Assembly: GCA_035084275.1 (NCBI GenBank)
Contig: CM068771.1
Location: 5,394,001 to 5,458,000 of the forward strand
Reading direction: 5' to 3'
From: Hydrolagus colliei
Lineage: Eukaryota
Length of the DNA stretch: 64,000 bases
Part shown: positions 45,901 through 55,500 of the stretch, piece by piece
How the letters are laid out: each line of letters starts with the position of its first letter
Position numbering within the stretch: the stretch's first letter is position 1
Translations under genes and position numbers: made by a program
Notes under the pieces: model-generated
Told to the model about the DNA's origin: nothing
The model's input: the letters and a program-made list of their open reading frames with translations, nothing else
Databases searched by the model: none

Positions 45901-48623
45901 CCCTCACCAACCAAACCCTAAACTGAGTACTGTATTATATAAACTGTTTCTCTCCAGGACTGTTCAATTTATGAGCTGCGTTTTCCCCCAAATCAAGATA
46001 ATAAGCATGTTCTCTCTGCACAGGAGAGGGCCACGGATGACAGTAAAGAGGTGGAAAGCTTCCAACAGCTTTTAGGGGCCAGGAACCAGGTCAGTGATTT
46101 CAGTGACCCTCTTCCCCACGCCTTTACTCATCCAACAACTTGTATTCATACCCAGGTGAAAGCCACTTTGGCCGGGACGGCAGTTAAATTGGACAAAATA
46201 CCCCAACCCTGATTAATTTGTATGTATTCATGGAGTCCTGTAGTTCACGGGTTAGAACAATCACCCTGCAAGCGAGAGACCTGGGTTCAATTCCCAACCA
46301 GGGCGAAACCTTGGGGAAATTTCCTCGTTCCACACACCTCATAATAATCACTCGAAAACAATAATAAATTGGTCATTTCAATCCACGACTGTTTGTGGGA
46401 CGCTGCTGTGCGCAATTGGTTGCCATGCTTTGCCCACAACTATACAGTCAATTCACTTTACAGTATATTCTGTGAAGCGCTTTTGAGACGTCTGGAAGAA
46501 GTGAAAAGCGCTGTATCAAATGCAAGGATTATTATTATTATTATCCGTACCTTAAATATGCCTATTAATTCGGACAGAAATCCGGTTGGTTACTCCAGAG
46601 TAAATGCCTCACTGGCCGCTACTGAATGTACTCACTCACGACTTCTGTGCATCAAGTGGCTCCTGGTAGGAGATAGATGGAGACTTAAGATTGATTGACA
46701 GCGGACTCCAGCCATTCACAAGCAGCTCTAGGCTGCCAATCAATCAGGGGACGGAGGAACGGGATAGAACAATGTAGGGAACAGGAGCAGTTAATTCTTG
46801 ATTGATTTGATTGGATGGTTGGTTGGTTGATTGATTGATTGATTGACTATCCAATTGGGTGCCCAAACATTCACAAGCTCAAGGCTGTGATTCACCTTGG
46901 AGTGGTCCCGCCTCACTCTTCTGCTGGCTGGAAGAGGGAGGGAACTTCGGTTAACCTAGGACACTGCTCAAGATGGACAAAATGGCCACCACCCGATGTG
47001 TCCGTCTTAAGTGGCTTTCACTGTATTTGAATAATATTTTGGAAACTTGGCATCAGAGGAGGGCAGTATAAAAGTTGACATCTTTTGTTCACTCCAGGAG
47101 TTTATCGAAGAGATTCTGTCTCCGCCTTTTGGAGGGATGATAGCCTTTGTGAAAGAAGCGGAGGTTCTGATAGAAAAGGGCAACTTCGAGAAGTTGAAAG
47201 CAGAGGAGGGTAAGATTGTGGGGCTGTGTCTCGCCTCTTATGCCTACAATGTTTACCGCGCAGAACCAGACCATTCAGCCCATCAGGTCTGTGCTGGTGC
47301 CATCTTCCCCACTCAAGCTGCTCGCAACAATAATAATAATTACTATATTTTGTGGGTGAAATGCCACTTTGTCCATCAAATGGGTACGGTGATTTGCAGT
47401 GGCACGGCGATTTCTAGCCAACAGTCATGGATTGAAGTCACCAAACATATTACTTTTAATAATTGAGTCAGGAATTTGGAGCTGAGTGTTTGAATCAGAA
47501 GGAGATGGAGGGCTGGGAGGGTAGGGGTATGAGGGTGAGCGAAAGCGCAGGCAAAGTGGAGGGTCTTGACACTGGCAATGAAGGAGGTGAGGGAAGGTGG
47601 GAGGCTTTGGGATGGAGTTTCAGAACTTAATGGTGAGGCGGGCCAGGCCTGAACAGCAGAGCTAGATGGAGTCTGCTGAGCAAAGGAAGCAGACAAGGTC
47701 AATATAGAGTTAGCAGATGATGAGAGTTAGGAAAGAGCAAGCCAGGGCTTTGAAGTCGAGTGCAAAATGTATCTGTATATTTAAATACTGTACATTTGAG
47801 ACTTCCTCATCTGTCTGTTTGTTTCTCGCTTGTCTCAGGCCGAGTTGTGCAGTTAGTTCGAGGCTTTGCGGCCACCTGGAAGCAGGCAGTAGAGAATCTC
47901 AGTCAAGATGTCATGAGATCTTTCACCAACTTCAAGAACGGGACAGGAATCATACAGGTAATGGCTCCAATCCTATCTTGGTATATTGTACATAGAATCA
48001 GATGGCTCTGTAGCTGTTACATGTAGCGCGGTTGATGATAGGACAGCCCAGTCAAGGCGAGAGATACAGGAAGAATATTCCCGAGTTTTGGGGTGTAGTG
48101 TGGTTAAAGGAGTGGCCACTGATGGTGGGCGGAGGGGTACGAAGGACATGCAGAAAGCCAGAGTCATTATCAAAGCTTCCAGACGCCGTGATTACATTAG
48201 GAATAATTCTGAAATTAAAATTAATAATATAATCTAGTGGAGCCTAGCGAGGATGGGTGTGAAGTGGGTATGGAGTTTTGTGTGTGTGATAGGGGCCAGT
48301 GAAGTCTGGCGAGGACTTGTGTGAAGTAGGTTACGGAGTTTAGTTTGGGTGAAGATGTGATCGGTACAGTTTTGGTTCAACTGTACTTTGTGGATGGTGG
48401 AGCTGGGGAGACCGGCGAGGAGGACATTGAATAATTACACAGGTGAGGCTTAACGTAAGTTGTACTGTATTTGCAGGGCGCTCTGACCCAGCTCATCCAA
48501 TACTATCACCGTTTCCACAAGGTCCTCTCTCAGCCACCCTTCAAGAGCCTGGTGGTGAGGTCTGAGCTCATTAACATCCACCACCTTATGGTGGAGGTCA
48601 AAAAGCACAAGCCCAACTTCTAG
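30508..48623 (+). CDS. VPS52: Vacuolar protein sorting 52 (GARP/EARP subunit), 20 exons, 708 aa, intact
   Basis: Twenty exons with consistent phases sum to 2127 nt. Translation follows VPS52 from LGELDLTSDEFILDEVD to INIHHLMVEVKKHKPNF*. Confidence 0.97.
30550..32260. repeat. GA/CA-rich tandem repeat (GAGACACAGAGAGGGTGAGAGACACAGACAGG-type)
   Basis: ~30-36-bp units in several variant blocks, starting exactly at the exon-1 donor. Confidence 0.95.
32632..32719 (+). CDS. VPS52: VPS52 exon 2
   Basis: AVTDQSDVAELNLGELDLTSDEFILDEVD. Confidence 0.93.
33113..33165 (+). CDS. VPS52: VPS52 exon 3
   Basis: IHIQANLEDELVKEALKT. Confidence 0.95.
33578..33653 (+). CDS. VPS52: VPS52 exon 4
   Basis: GVDLRHYSKQVETELQRIEYDSIKD; followed by the U12-type donor GTATCCTT. 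Confidence 0.95.
34206..34273 (+). CDS. VPS52: VPS52 exon 5
   Basis: YIKESQNIASLHNQITACDTILE. Confidence 0.95.
34856..35031 (+). CDS. VPS52: VPS52 exon 6
   Basis: RMEQMLSTFQSDLSSISCEIQTLQEQS...LVVPSSMI. Confidence 0.95.
35811..35961 (+). CDS. VPS52: VPS52 exon 7
   Basis: IILESSVTEQEFLEQLHEL...DVQDILDRLKIK. Confidence 0.95.
36085..36781 (+). mobile_element. Solo LTR (ERV- or Gypsy-type)
   Basis: 697-bp AT-rich insert bounded TG...CA, terminal IR TGT(G/T)GAA, 4-bp TSD CCCC (36081-36084, 36782-36785), AATAAA at 36702-36707. The flanking C-rich repeat resumes after it. Confidence 0.75.
37300..37590 (+). mobile_element. Old Deu-domain SINE (SacSINE1/AmnSINE1-like)
   Basis: GATGTTAAACCGAG..CCCGTCTG...GAAGGGAGTT.CTC.CCGGTGTCCTG.CCAA core, recognised from memory of the DeuSINE consensus. 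Confidence 0.6.
37663..37763 (+). CDS. VPS52: VPS52 exon 8
   Basis: AVTKIRDFILHKIYSFRKPMTNYQVPQNALLKY. Confidence 0.96.
38646..38778 (+). CDS. VPS52: VPS52 exon 9
   Basis: FFYQFLMANERHVAKEIRDEYIDTMSKIY...RLMKVQ. Confidence 0.96.
39060..40090 (+). mobile_element. CR1 LINE fragment (ORF1 esterase-like and endonuclease region), degraded
   Basis: Remnants resembling DREGKKGG..ILIK, EHL.NSDHNI and LNWKR.NF with many disruptions. Confidence 0.65.
40130..40187 (+). CDS. VPS52: VPS52 exon 10
   Basis: YEEVADKDDLMGVEDTAKK G; followed by ATATCCTT (AT-AC intron). Confidence 0.95.
41139..41272 (+). CDS. VPS52: VPS52 exon 11
   Basis: GFFSKPSLKNRNTIFTLGNRG...IIVPHAAQKNDAR; preceded by TCCTTAAC...AC. Confidence 0.95.
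41810..42290 (-). mobile_element. Young L2 LINE 3' fragment
   Basis: [36 protein letters not shown]...; closely similar to the copy at 53600-54395. Confidence 0.9.
42718..42873 (+). CDS. VPS52: VPS52 exon 12
   Basis: YPFESLFRSQHYALLDNSCREYLFLCDFF...TLTMFL. Confidence 0.96.
43055..43173 (+). CDS. VPS52: VPS52 exon 13
   Basis: KHMDNYVADCFDSIAIFLCIHVILRF...IPAVD. Confidence 0.96.
44300..44423 (+). CDS. VPS52: VPS52 exon 14
   Basis: YWGTLLDILWPRFELVLELNIQSIRNTDPQKLGALDTRPHY. Confidence 0.96.
45014..45109 (+). CDS. VPS52: VPS52 exon 15
   Basis: VTRRYAEFSSAIVSINETYPNEKTHSLLGQLQ. Confidence 0.96.
45347..45454 (+). CDS. VPS52: VPS52 exon 16
   Basis: VEVENFVLRMAAEFASRREQLIFLINNYDMMLGVLM. Confidence 0.96.
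46024..46089 (+). CDS. VPS52: VPS52 exon 17
   Basis: ERATDDSKEVESFQQLLGARNQ. Confidence 0.95.
46232..46543 (+). mobile_element. tRNA(Ala)-like-headed SINE, representative near-complete copy (roughly 30 or more fragments in the window by eye)
   Basis: A/B-box head, Deu-like 3' body GCTGTGCGCAATTGGCTGCC, L2-like tail GTGAAGCGCTTT.GAGACGTC...GTGAAAAGCGCT..ATCAAATGCAAGG(ATT)n. Confidence 0.9.
47098..47209 (+). CDS. VPS52: VPS52 exon 18
   Basis: EFIEEILSPPFGGMIAFVKEAEVLIEKG...KAEE. Confidence 0.96.
47839..47957 (+). CDS. VPS52: VPS52 exon 19
   Basis: RVVQLVRGFAATWKQAVENLSQDVMRSFTNFKNGTGIIQ. Confidence 0.96.
48477..48623 (+). CDS. VPS52: VPS52 exon 20 (stop)
   Basis: GALTQLIQYYHRFHKVLSQ...HHLMVEVKKHKPNF*. 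Confidence 0.96.
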   Translation, partial: GALTQLIQYYHRFHKVLSQPPFKSLVVRSELINIHHLMVEVKKHKPNF

Positions 48624-48859
48624 CAGCCACAAGGCTTCTGATCACCAATATCCGGACTTTGCATGAAAGGTCCCGGTGATAAAACAGAGCAAACTTGCCG
48701 CGAGGGTTTACTCTGTGGGTCAGTGCGTATTCTTGTCCGCGGTTTCCACCACTCGATAAGGACCGTGGACGTTCAGCCTGGGAGCGAGTGCAGTCCCTGA
48801 CTGCACAAGTTCTCCACTCGCCAAGGCCTCCGTCGGAATATATTCAAACCTTGTTTTAA

Positions 48860-48865
48860 ATTAAA
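48860..48865 (+). terminator. Putative VPS52 polyA signal (ATTAAA)
   Basis: ~240 nt after the stop and followed by a GT-rich tract (TTTGTTGTGTTGTT). Confidence 0.45.
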
Positions 48866-51578
48866 CAGTTTCTGGTGAACAAAATGCCTCTCGTTTGTTG
48901 TGTTGTTAGCGTGCTCGCTGAGCAAGCGAGAGGATCTGGGTTCGAGTGACGGGCGAAACAAAACCATAGGCAAGTTTCCTTACTCCACATCACACTCTTC
49001 TGTTTTTCTAGCAAGTCATAGTAACCAATTTGTTAGTGGATTGGAGGATTTATCACCTCTTCTAGACTCACATTATATATTGTTGTGAATTGACTATATT
49101 TTTGGGGTGAAATACGCCAATTGTGCACATCAGTGTCCCACGAACAGTTGTGAATTGAGTTAAGTAAATTATTATTCTCATTTCTGTTAGGGATCATTGT
49201 CAATGAGTGACCATGTTGTTATTTTTAGAAGAGATTATTACCCCTGGAAAAAGGATCCCCCCCCCAAAGAACTAACAACCAGATTCCTGCTAGGTATACA
49301 GAAGCTTGTGAAGTAAGGAAACTTGCCAAAATGTCAGTAATTTTACACCAGCTCCTTTTCTGTTCGAGAAATTGCTCTGAATTCCAAATGATAAATATAT
49401 CAGTTAATAACCATTAAGCAAAATGATAGAAATGGTACAATTCAGATTTGTATTCTCTTTGCATTACAACAACAAAACTATATTTGTAATAGCACATTTC
49501 AGTCGGGAGGACGTCCCAAGGCACTGGACGGTTATTGTTTCACATCCGAGCTGTGGTCAAGATTGGGAAGGGTGGAGAGAAAAGGGGTGAATGATTTAGG
49601 GTTCCCGTCAAAGAGAAGGGTCTTGGGGCGGAACTTGAAGGAGGCTTGAGAGGGGACAAGGCAGAGGGACTGCAGAATAGAATTCCAGAGGTAAGGGGCA
49701 GAGTGACTGAGTGTGAGTTGGGGTACAAGAGTGTGGGTAGGGGTAAGAGTGTGAGTAAGGATATGTGGGTGGGTAGGGGTGTGTGTGTGGGTAGGGCTGT
49801 GAGTGTGGGTAGGGCTGTGAGTGGGTAGGGGTGTTGACTGAAGGCTCGCCCGCCGATGGTAGGGTGGTTTAGGAGACATGGAGCAGAAACAATTAGGACC
49901 TTTACACTCAAAAGTATGTTACATCATTATTTAATAACATTACTGTATTATGTGACACAGAATATGCTTGTATTTTATTGGTGAACACGCCAGACAGTTT
50001 TACTGACAGCAACGTCCTGCGAATAGACGTTGAATACAATTCGGTCAATCTTATATTGCAGATACTTTAAAATTAATTGCGCATGATTTCAATGAAGCAA
50101 AACAATAATTTTCAGATTTCAATAACACGATAAGCGAGCTCACAGAGACTGGTGTCCCTTTACAAAGCAGAATTAGTCTGTGCCGGCTCTTTGAAAAGAG
50201 CAACTCAATCCCACTCCCCAGCTCTCTCTCCAGAACCACGCAAACCCGTCCTCCCCAAATAAATGTCTTCCTCTCTTTTAAAAGTTGTTATCGAATCGGC
50301 CTCCACCACCTTTTCAGGCAATGCATTCCAGATTCAAACAACTCGCTGAGTGATGGCTGTAAGACAAAATTACCAATCTGCTATGAAGGTTTGCCTATGT
50401 ATAAAATGTTATTGTTTCACTTGCAAAAAGATAATCCCCCCACCCGAAGTACAAAGAAAAAATTATATTGTTGCATAATTAGAATTTCAAAAGCTTTTAA
50501 CTCATTATAATCGTACGCAGAAACAGAAAATATATGCTTGATTTTGGAAACGTTGATACGCAACCAAAAGCTGACTATGCTAATTATATATAGGGTTTTC
50601 TTTTAGAAAGCTTCTACAGAGAAAATGCATACTATATCAGACTACTAATTTGGAATATAAAAAACTTTTTACATCTCCTGCAAGTCTATTGATAACCTAA
50701 CAAGAGTTGATATATGCATTCCACGTGCATTATTTCGCCCACATATATACATCAACAACAACTTGGATTTATGCTATTCATTCTTGGGGGGGAAATTTTG
50801 ACGAAAAATGACCAAAGGAACCTAACTCCAGTTTTCACATTCATTCTTAAGGGAAAAATGTATTCACTTAATGTCATTTCGCTTAAATTCGCCCTTTACA
50901 AGAACCAAACTACGGGGTCTTCGGATCTTTGGTACAGGCAGGAATGTCTCATCTAAAGCTACATAAGCAGCACATTGCTCAGCTCTTCACTGGAGCATCA
51001 ACGTAGACCAACATTGGCTGCTGAGAGACAGATTCCCCCATTTGAGAAAACGTCTGCTGGCTAAACAAGCAATATCTTTGTGTTTCCCTTCCAGAAACTT
51101 AACAACAGGTCTATTGGGCTATGGGGAGCGGGCAGGGCAGTGGGATTGAATCGCTCTTTTCAAAGAGCCGGCACAGACTAGATGGGCCGAATGGCCTCCT
51201 TTTGTGCCGTAAAATTCTATGAATCTATGAATCTAAACATTTATGGGTTACAGAGGGAGCGGGTAAGCCAGATTAAATGGAAGGCTAGTGTGGGAGATGT
51301 GTAAGAGTCGAGTTGGCATCTCACAGCCGTATTGGTGTAAGAAAGCTAATTGTTTCAATCACGGTAGGTTCAACCATCACATTGGTGTGTTGTCTGTAAG
51401 AAAAATGAATTACATTTATACACGGTCACTACATCCTCAAACTAAATCAATCTTTGCCTGAATCCGTCCGGCTTGCAAACCTTCTCGCCTCACCATCAGA
51501 TACACCTGAAGTAACTGTGACTATTCTTTTTTGGTCTGACATGTGGCTATACATCATGATGCTTAAGAGCCTCTAAAC

Positions 51579-51911
51579 CAATGGTTCCCAACGTTTTTTG
51601 GGTTCGACCCAAATTAGCCTCCAACCAGTCCTGACACCACTAAGGGGCGATACCACGACTGAAGCTCAGTTCAGCCAAAACGTTATCTCCGTCTGTTTTG
51701 TGGACTCAGCGCAACTCGTAAGTACGCTCTTTATACAAATTGGTCGGCGGTGTCGCATTTTTTTTTAGTGTTAAAAGTTTTTTTTAACATTAAAAGCATT
51801 TTCAACACTATAAAAAGGGGAGAAAAAAATTTCTGATGAACCCTTTGCAACCCTACTGAGGACCACCCCGCGACCCTGATTTGGGTTGGGACCTGAGGTT
51901 GAGAATCACTG
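51579..51911. mobile_element. hAT (Charlie-type) MITE
   Basis: TIR CA(A/G)TG(G/A)TTC(C/T)CAAC; perfect 8-bp TSD CTCTAAAC at 51571-51578 and 51912-51919. Confidence 0.85.
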
Positions 51912-52502
51912 CTCTAAACCAAACCGAGAATTCCATGCATCCGATCTACACATGGGAATCCCAGAGGCTGATTGCTGGAATGAAACACGCACTCTCCATG
52001 GAGAGGCATATGCTGCTTATCTGATTCTGGAATGCATTAGGTGCAGGTTGGCAAGAGCCAAGGCCTGGGTATCCCAATGTGTGCATTGGATTTACTGCAG
52101 GAGTCTAAACAGCTAAAATCACATAGCTTGCCATCGATATCATTGCCTGGCAAGATCTTCAACTGCTTGTCTGATTTGGACCACCCTACCCATTAGGGCT
52201 TTGGCTTACAGAATTAACGGGAGCTGAGTTGGAGAGATTCCCTACTCCAATTGTAGGTCCACTCTTCCAGGTCCTGCCAATGAGCCAAGCTGGGCTGTGC
52301 TGTCCTCAGCAGTGCCTTGAAATACTGGCTCAGGAAACAAACTAGTGACCGTCGGAGGACTGGCTCGATTCTGTCATTCCTTTGATAGGTATGTTTGCTT
52401 TCAGCCAATTCAGCCCAAAGGAGACCTCTCAGTTACCAGGAAGATCATTAACAGTGAGGGGAGGGGGTTTAGGGTGATAGCTCATGCGTTTCTGATACCT
52501 AC

Positions 52503-52562
52503 CTTGGTGCTGCTTATCTTTGCTGATGAGTGAGCTGTTACAATCGTCTGGTTCCCTGTCCT
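52503..52562 (-). CDS. BTN-like probable cytoplasmic exon (60 nt)
   Basis: ttgtttttcag|...|gtaggt, open in phase 1: [20 protein letters not shown]. Confidence 0.5.
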
Positions 52563-55500
52563 CTGAAAAACAAGGCATGTATCTGTCAGTCAACAGCAAC
52601 CTGCGCCATCACGTCTCGGAGAACACTAAAGAGACAGGATCCTATAATGAGCAGGGAAGAGGAAGGGGCAAAGGCGTGATGGAAGAGTAGGGTTTCACAT
52701 GTGATATGAAAACCGATAAGAGGGATGTGGGGGGGCACGGGAACTGGTCAGGTCGCAGCAAGCACAGACAAATGGATTTGTCGGACGCATCAAATCACTG
52801 AACTGAGCTCTTACGACGAGTTACTCTCCTACCTAGTTTAGTGTCATCCGCGAATTTAGACACGTTACATTCAATGTCCTCGTCTAGATCATTGATGTAG
52901 ATTGTAAGTAGCTGAGGCCCAAGCACTGATCCTTGTGGCGCTCCACTAGTTACATCCTGCCAATTCGAGAATGACCCGTTTATCCCTACTCTCTGTTTTC
53001 TACCCATTAGCCAAAATCTAAATATATCACATCTCCTGGTTCCTCCCTATATAATAACTACTTCCTTCTCTAACTTAATGCTAAATTCTATCATATTATG
53101 ATCACTTTGCCCTAGAGGAGCCTTAAGTTCCAGTTTGCTGATCAGCCCTGTTTCATTACACAAAACAAGGTCTAATATGGCCTGTTCCCTGGTTGGCTCC
53201 TCGGCATACTGATCTGGAAAATTATCCCTGATACATTCTATAAACTTTTCCTCGATCTTACTTTTCCGAACTTGGTTGTCCCAGTCTATATGCAGATTAA
53301 AATCACCCACAATTAGTGTCTTTCCTTTGCTACATGCTCCACTAATCTCCTCATTTATACCTTGAGCGATACTGACTGCTGTTTGGGGATCTATAAACTA
53401 CTCCCACTAGAGTTTTCTGCCCCTTATTATCATGTACCTCTACTCATACTGACTCTACATCCTGCTTCTCTGATTTAAAATCTTTCCTCTCCACTGTTTT
53501 TATCCCATCCTTTATTAGCAGGGCCACCCCCCCACCCCCCCTCATTTACCACATTGCCTTGTACCCATATCTCGGTGATGGCTACTAGATCATACCCGTT
53601 TAGTCTCTATCCAGCCTCAACATCCAAGGCTGCACTCTCCACCTCACAAAGCCAGTCAGGAACCTCGGCATCACGTTCGACCAAAAACTCTCCTTCCTCC
53701 CCCACATCCGCGCCTTGACCGGCACCGCTTACTTCCACCTGCGCAACATTGCCAGGCTCCGCAACTATCTTACCCCCCGCGCTGCCGAAACACTCGTGCA
53801 CGCATACATCACCTCAAGGCTGGACTACGGAAACTCTCTCCTTGTCGGCCTCCCCAGCTCCTCCATTCACAGGCTGCAGGTCATCCAAAACTCTGCAGCC
53901 CGTGTACTATCCCGCACCCGCCTCCGCAACCATATAACCCCCACCCTCGCCCGTCTCCACTGGCTCCCCATCCTCCAGAGGATCGAGTTCAAGATCCTCG
54001 TCCTCACCTTCAAGGCCTTACATGGTTTTGCCCCGCCCTATTTATCCAATTTACTCTCCCCCTACAAGCCCACCCGGACCCTCCGTTCAGCAGGACTTGT
54101 CCTGCTCCAAGACCCCCGCCCGAACCGCCCCACCATCGGAGGCCGGGCCTTCAGTTTTTCTGCTCCGACCCTATGGAATCCCATCCCCCAATCCCTCCGT
54201 CTCGTTTCTTTCTTTTCCTCTTTCAAGGCCGGTTTGAAGACTTTCCTCTTCGACCGTGCCTTTTGTTCCACCCAGAATTCTTCGACCTCCCAAACACTCC
54301 CCTCCCAGCTCGGGTCACACGCCTCTTGTGCAGCGCCTTGGGACGTCCTCCCGATGTGAAAGGGGCTTTATAAGTGTAATTTGTTGTTTTTGTTAATTGT
54401 GCATTTAATTCATCTATCTTGTTTTGAGTGCTATGTGCATTCAGATATAGCGCCCTTAATTCTGACTTCCCCTATGAATTGATTGCATATTTGTGGGTGA
54501 TGTAAACCTGGGGCAAATGCAGGAAATGTTGTAAGTATTTGTGATGTATCTGATGAGAGCTCTGGGCTCTCACATCTCCCTTGCATACCTTGTTTTGCCT
54601 CTTTAAGCTCTTTCTCTGTCAAGGGAAAGAGATAAGAATTAGTTTCCATCTTAACGACACAACAATTACAAAATTTCTGACATTATTAGGCACACGTTGT
54701 TGAGAGGCAAGGCTGTGGGGGGACTCCAGGGTGTGCTTTTATTGGATAAAACTCACTTCACGCCCTGGCACTTCCCTATCTCTTTGACCTTCTTACACCT
54801 CACTCCACTATCCATCACTTCCGATAGTTTGTCTCTGAGATCCTCTCGATCCCTCGCCCCACCCGCTCACCGTTGGAGCCCTTCCTTTCAGCCATTGCAA
54901 CCTAATTATTATTATTTTTAATTTGAAGGGATTATTAACCCTGAAAGAGAGATCCACCAATGGAGTAACAGCCAGATTCCAACTTACTCCAGTATGGGAT
55001 GCCTTCCTCCCAGCCAATTTGCCCCCAAACTATTGAACGCTCTTCCTCAATCCCTCCACATTACTTCTTCCTTAGCTGTCTTCAGATCATAGTGGAAGAC
55101 TTTTCTTATTGACCGTGACTATCTTGTTCTCTCTCTGTTGTTCTCCGCCAAGACTAAAGGGGGTTAGCTAAGGGATAGAGTGCTACTTGAACAGGTGTGA
55201 CACCCAACTCTTATCTCTTGGCCTCTATCCCTGACTCCAGGACTACCACAGTCCTGACAGACTATCTGGATGAGAGCTAACTTTCTACAGCTGAATGTCA
55301 ATAGGACCGAGGCCCTAGTGATTGGCTCGCGCCAATCTAGACGGCATTCCCTCCGCCTCGCACCCTCGCTGGCCTCCTTCAAGTCTTGCCTCAAGACTCT
55401 CCTCTTCGATGACATCATTGGCAACTCCTAAACCCCCCCTTCCGCAGCTCGGGTCTGAAGCAGTAACTGTCCATCGCCTTGGGATATCTCCCTGATGTGA

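Noticed and set aside
51095-51108. Plus-strand 14-nt microexon-like signal (cccttccag...acag|gtctat)
   Set aside because: It lies beyond the VPS52 stop and predicted polyA site, is not a multiple of 3, and has no partner exons.
53715-54359. 214-aa ORF (and similar ORFs at 41803-42393, 58758-59282) as host genes
   Set aside because: L2 ORF2 fragments, 5'-truncated, each within a retrotransposon remnant.
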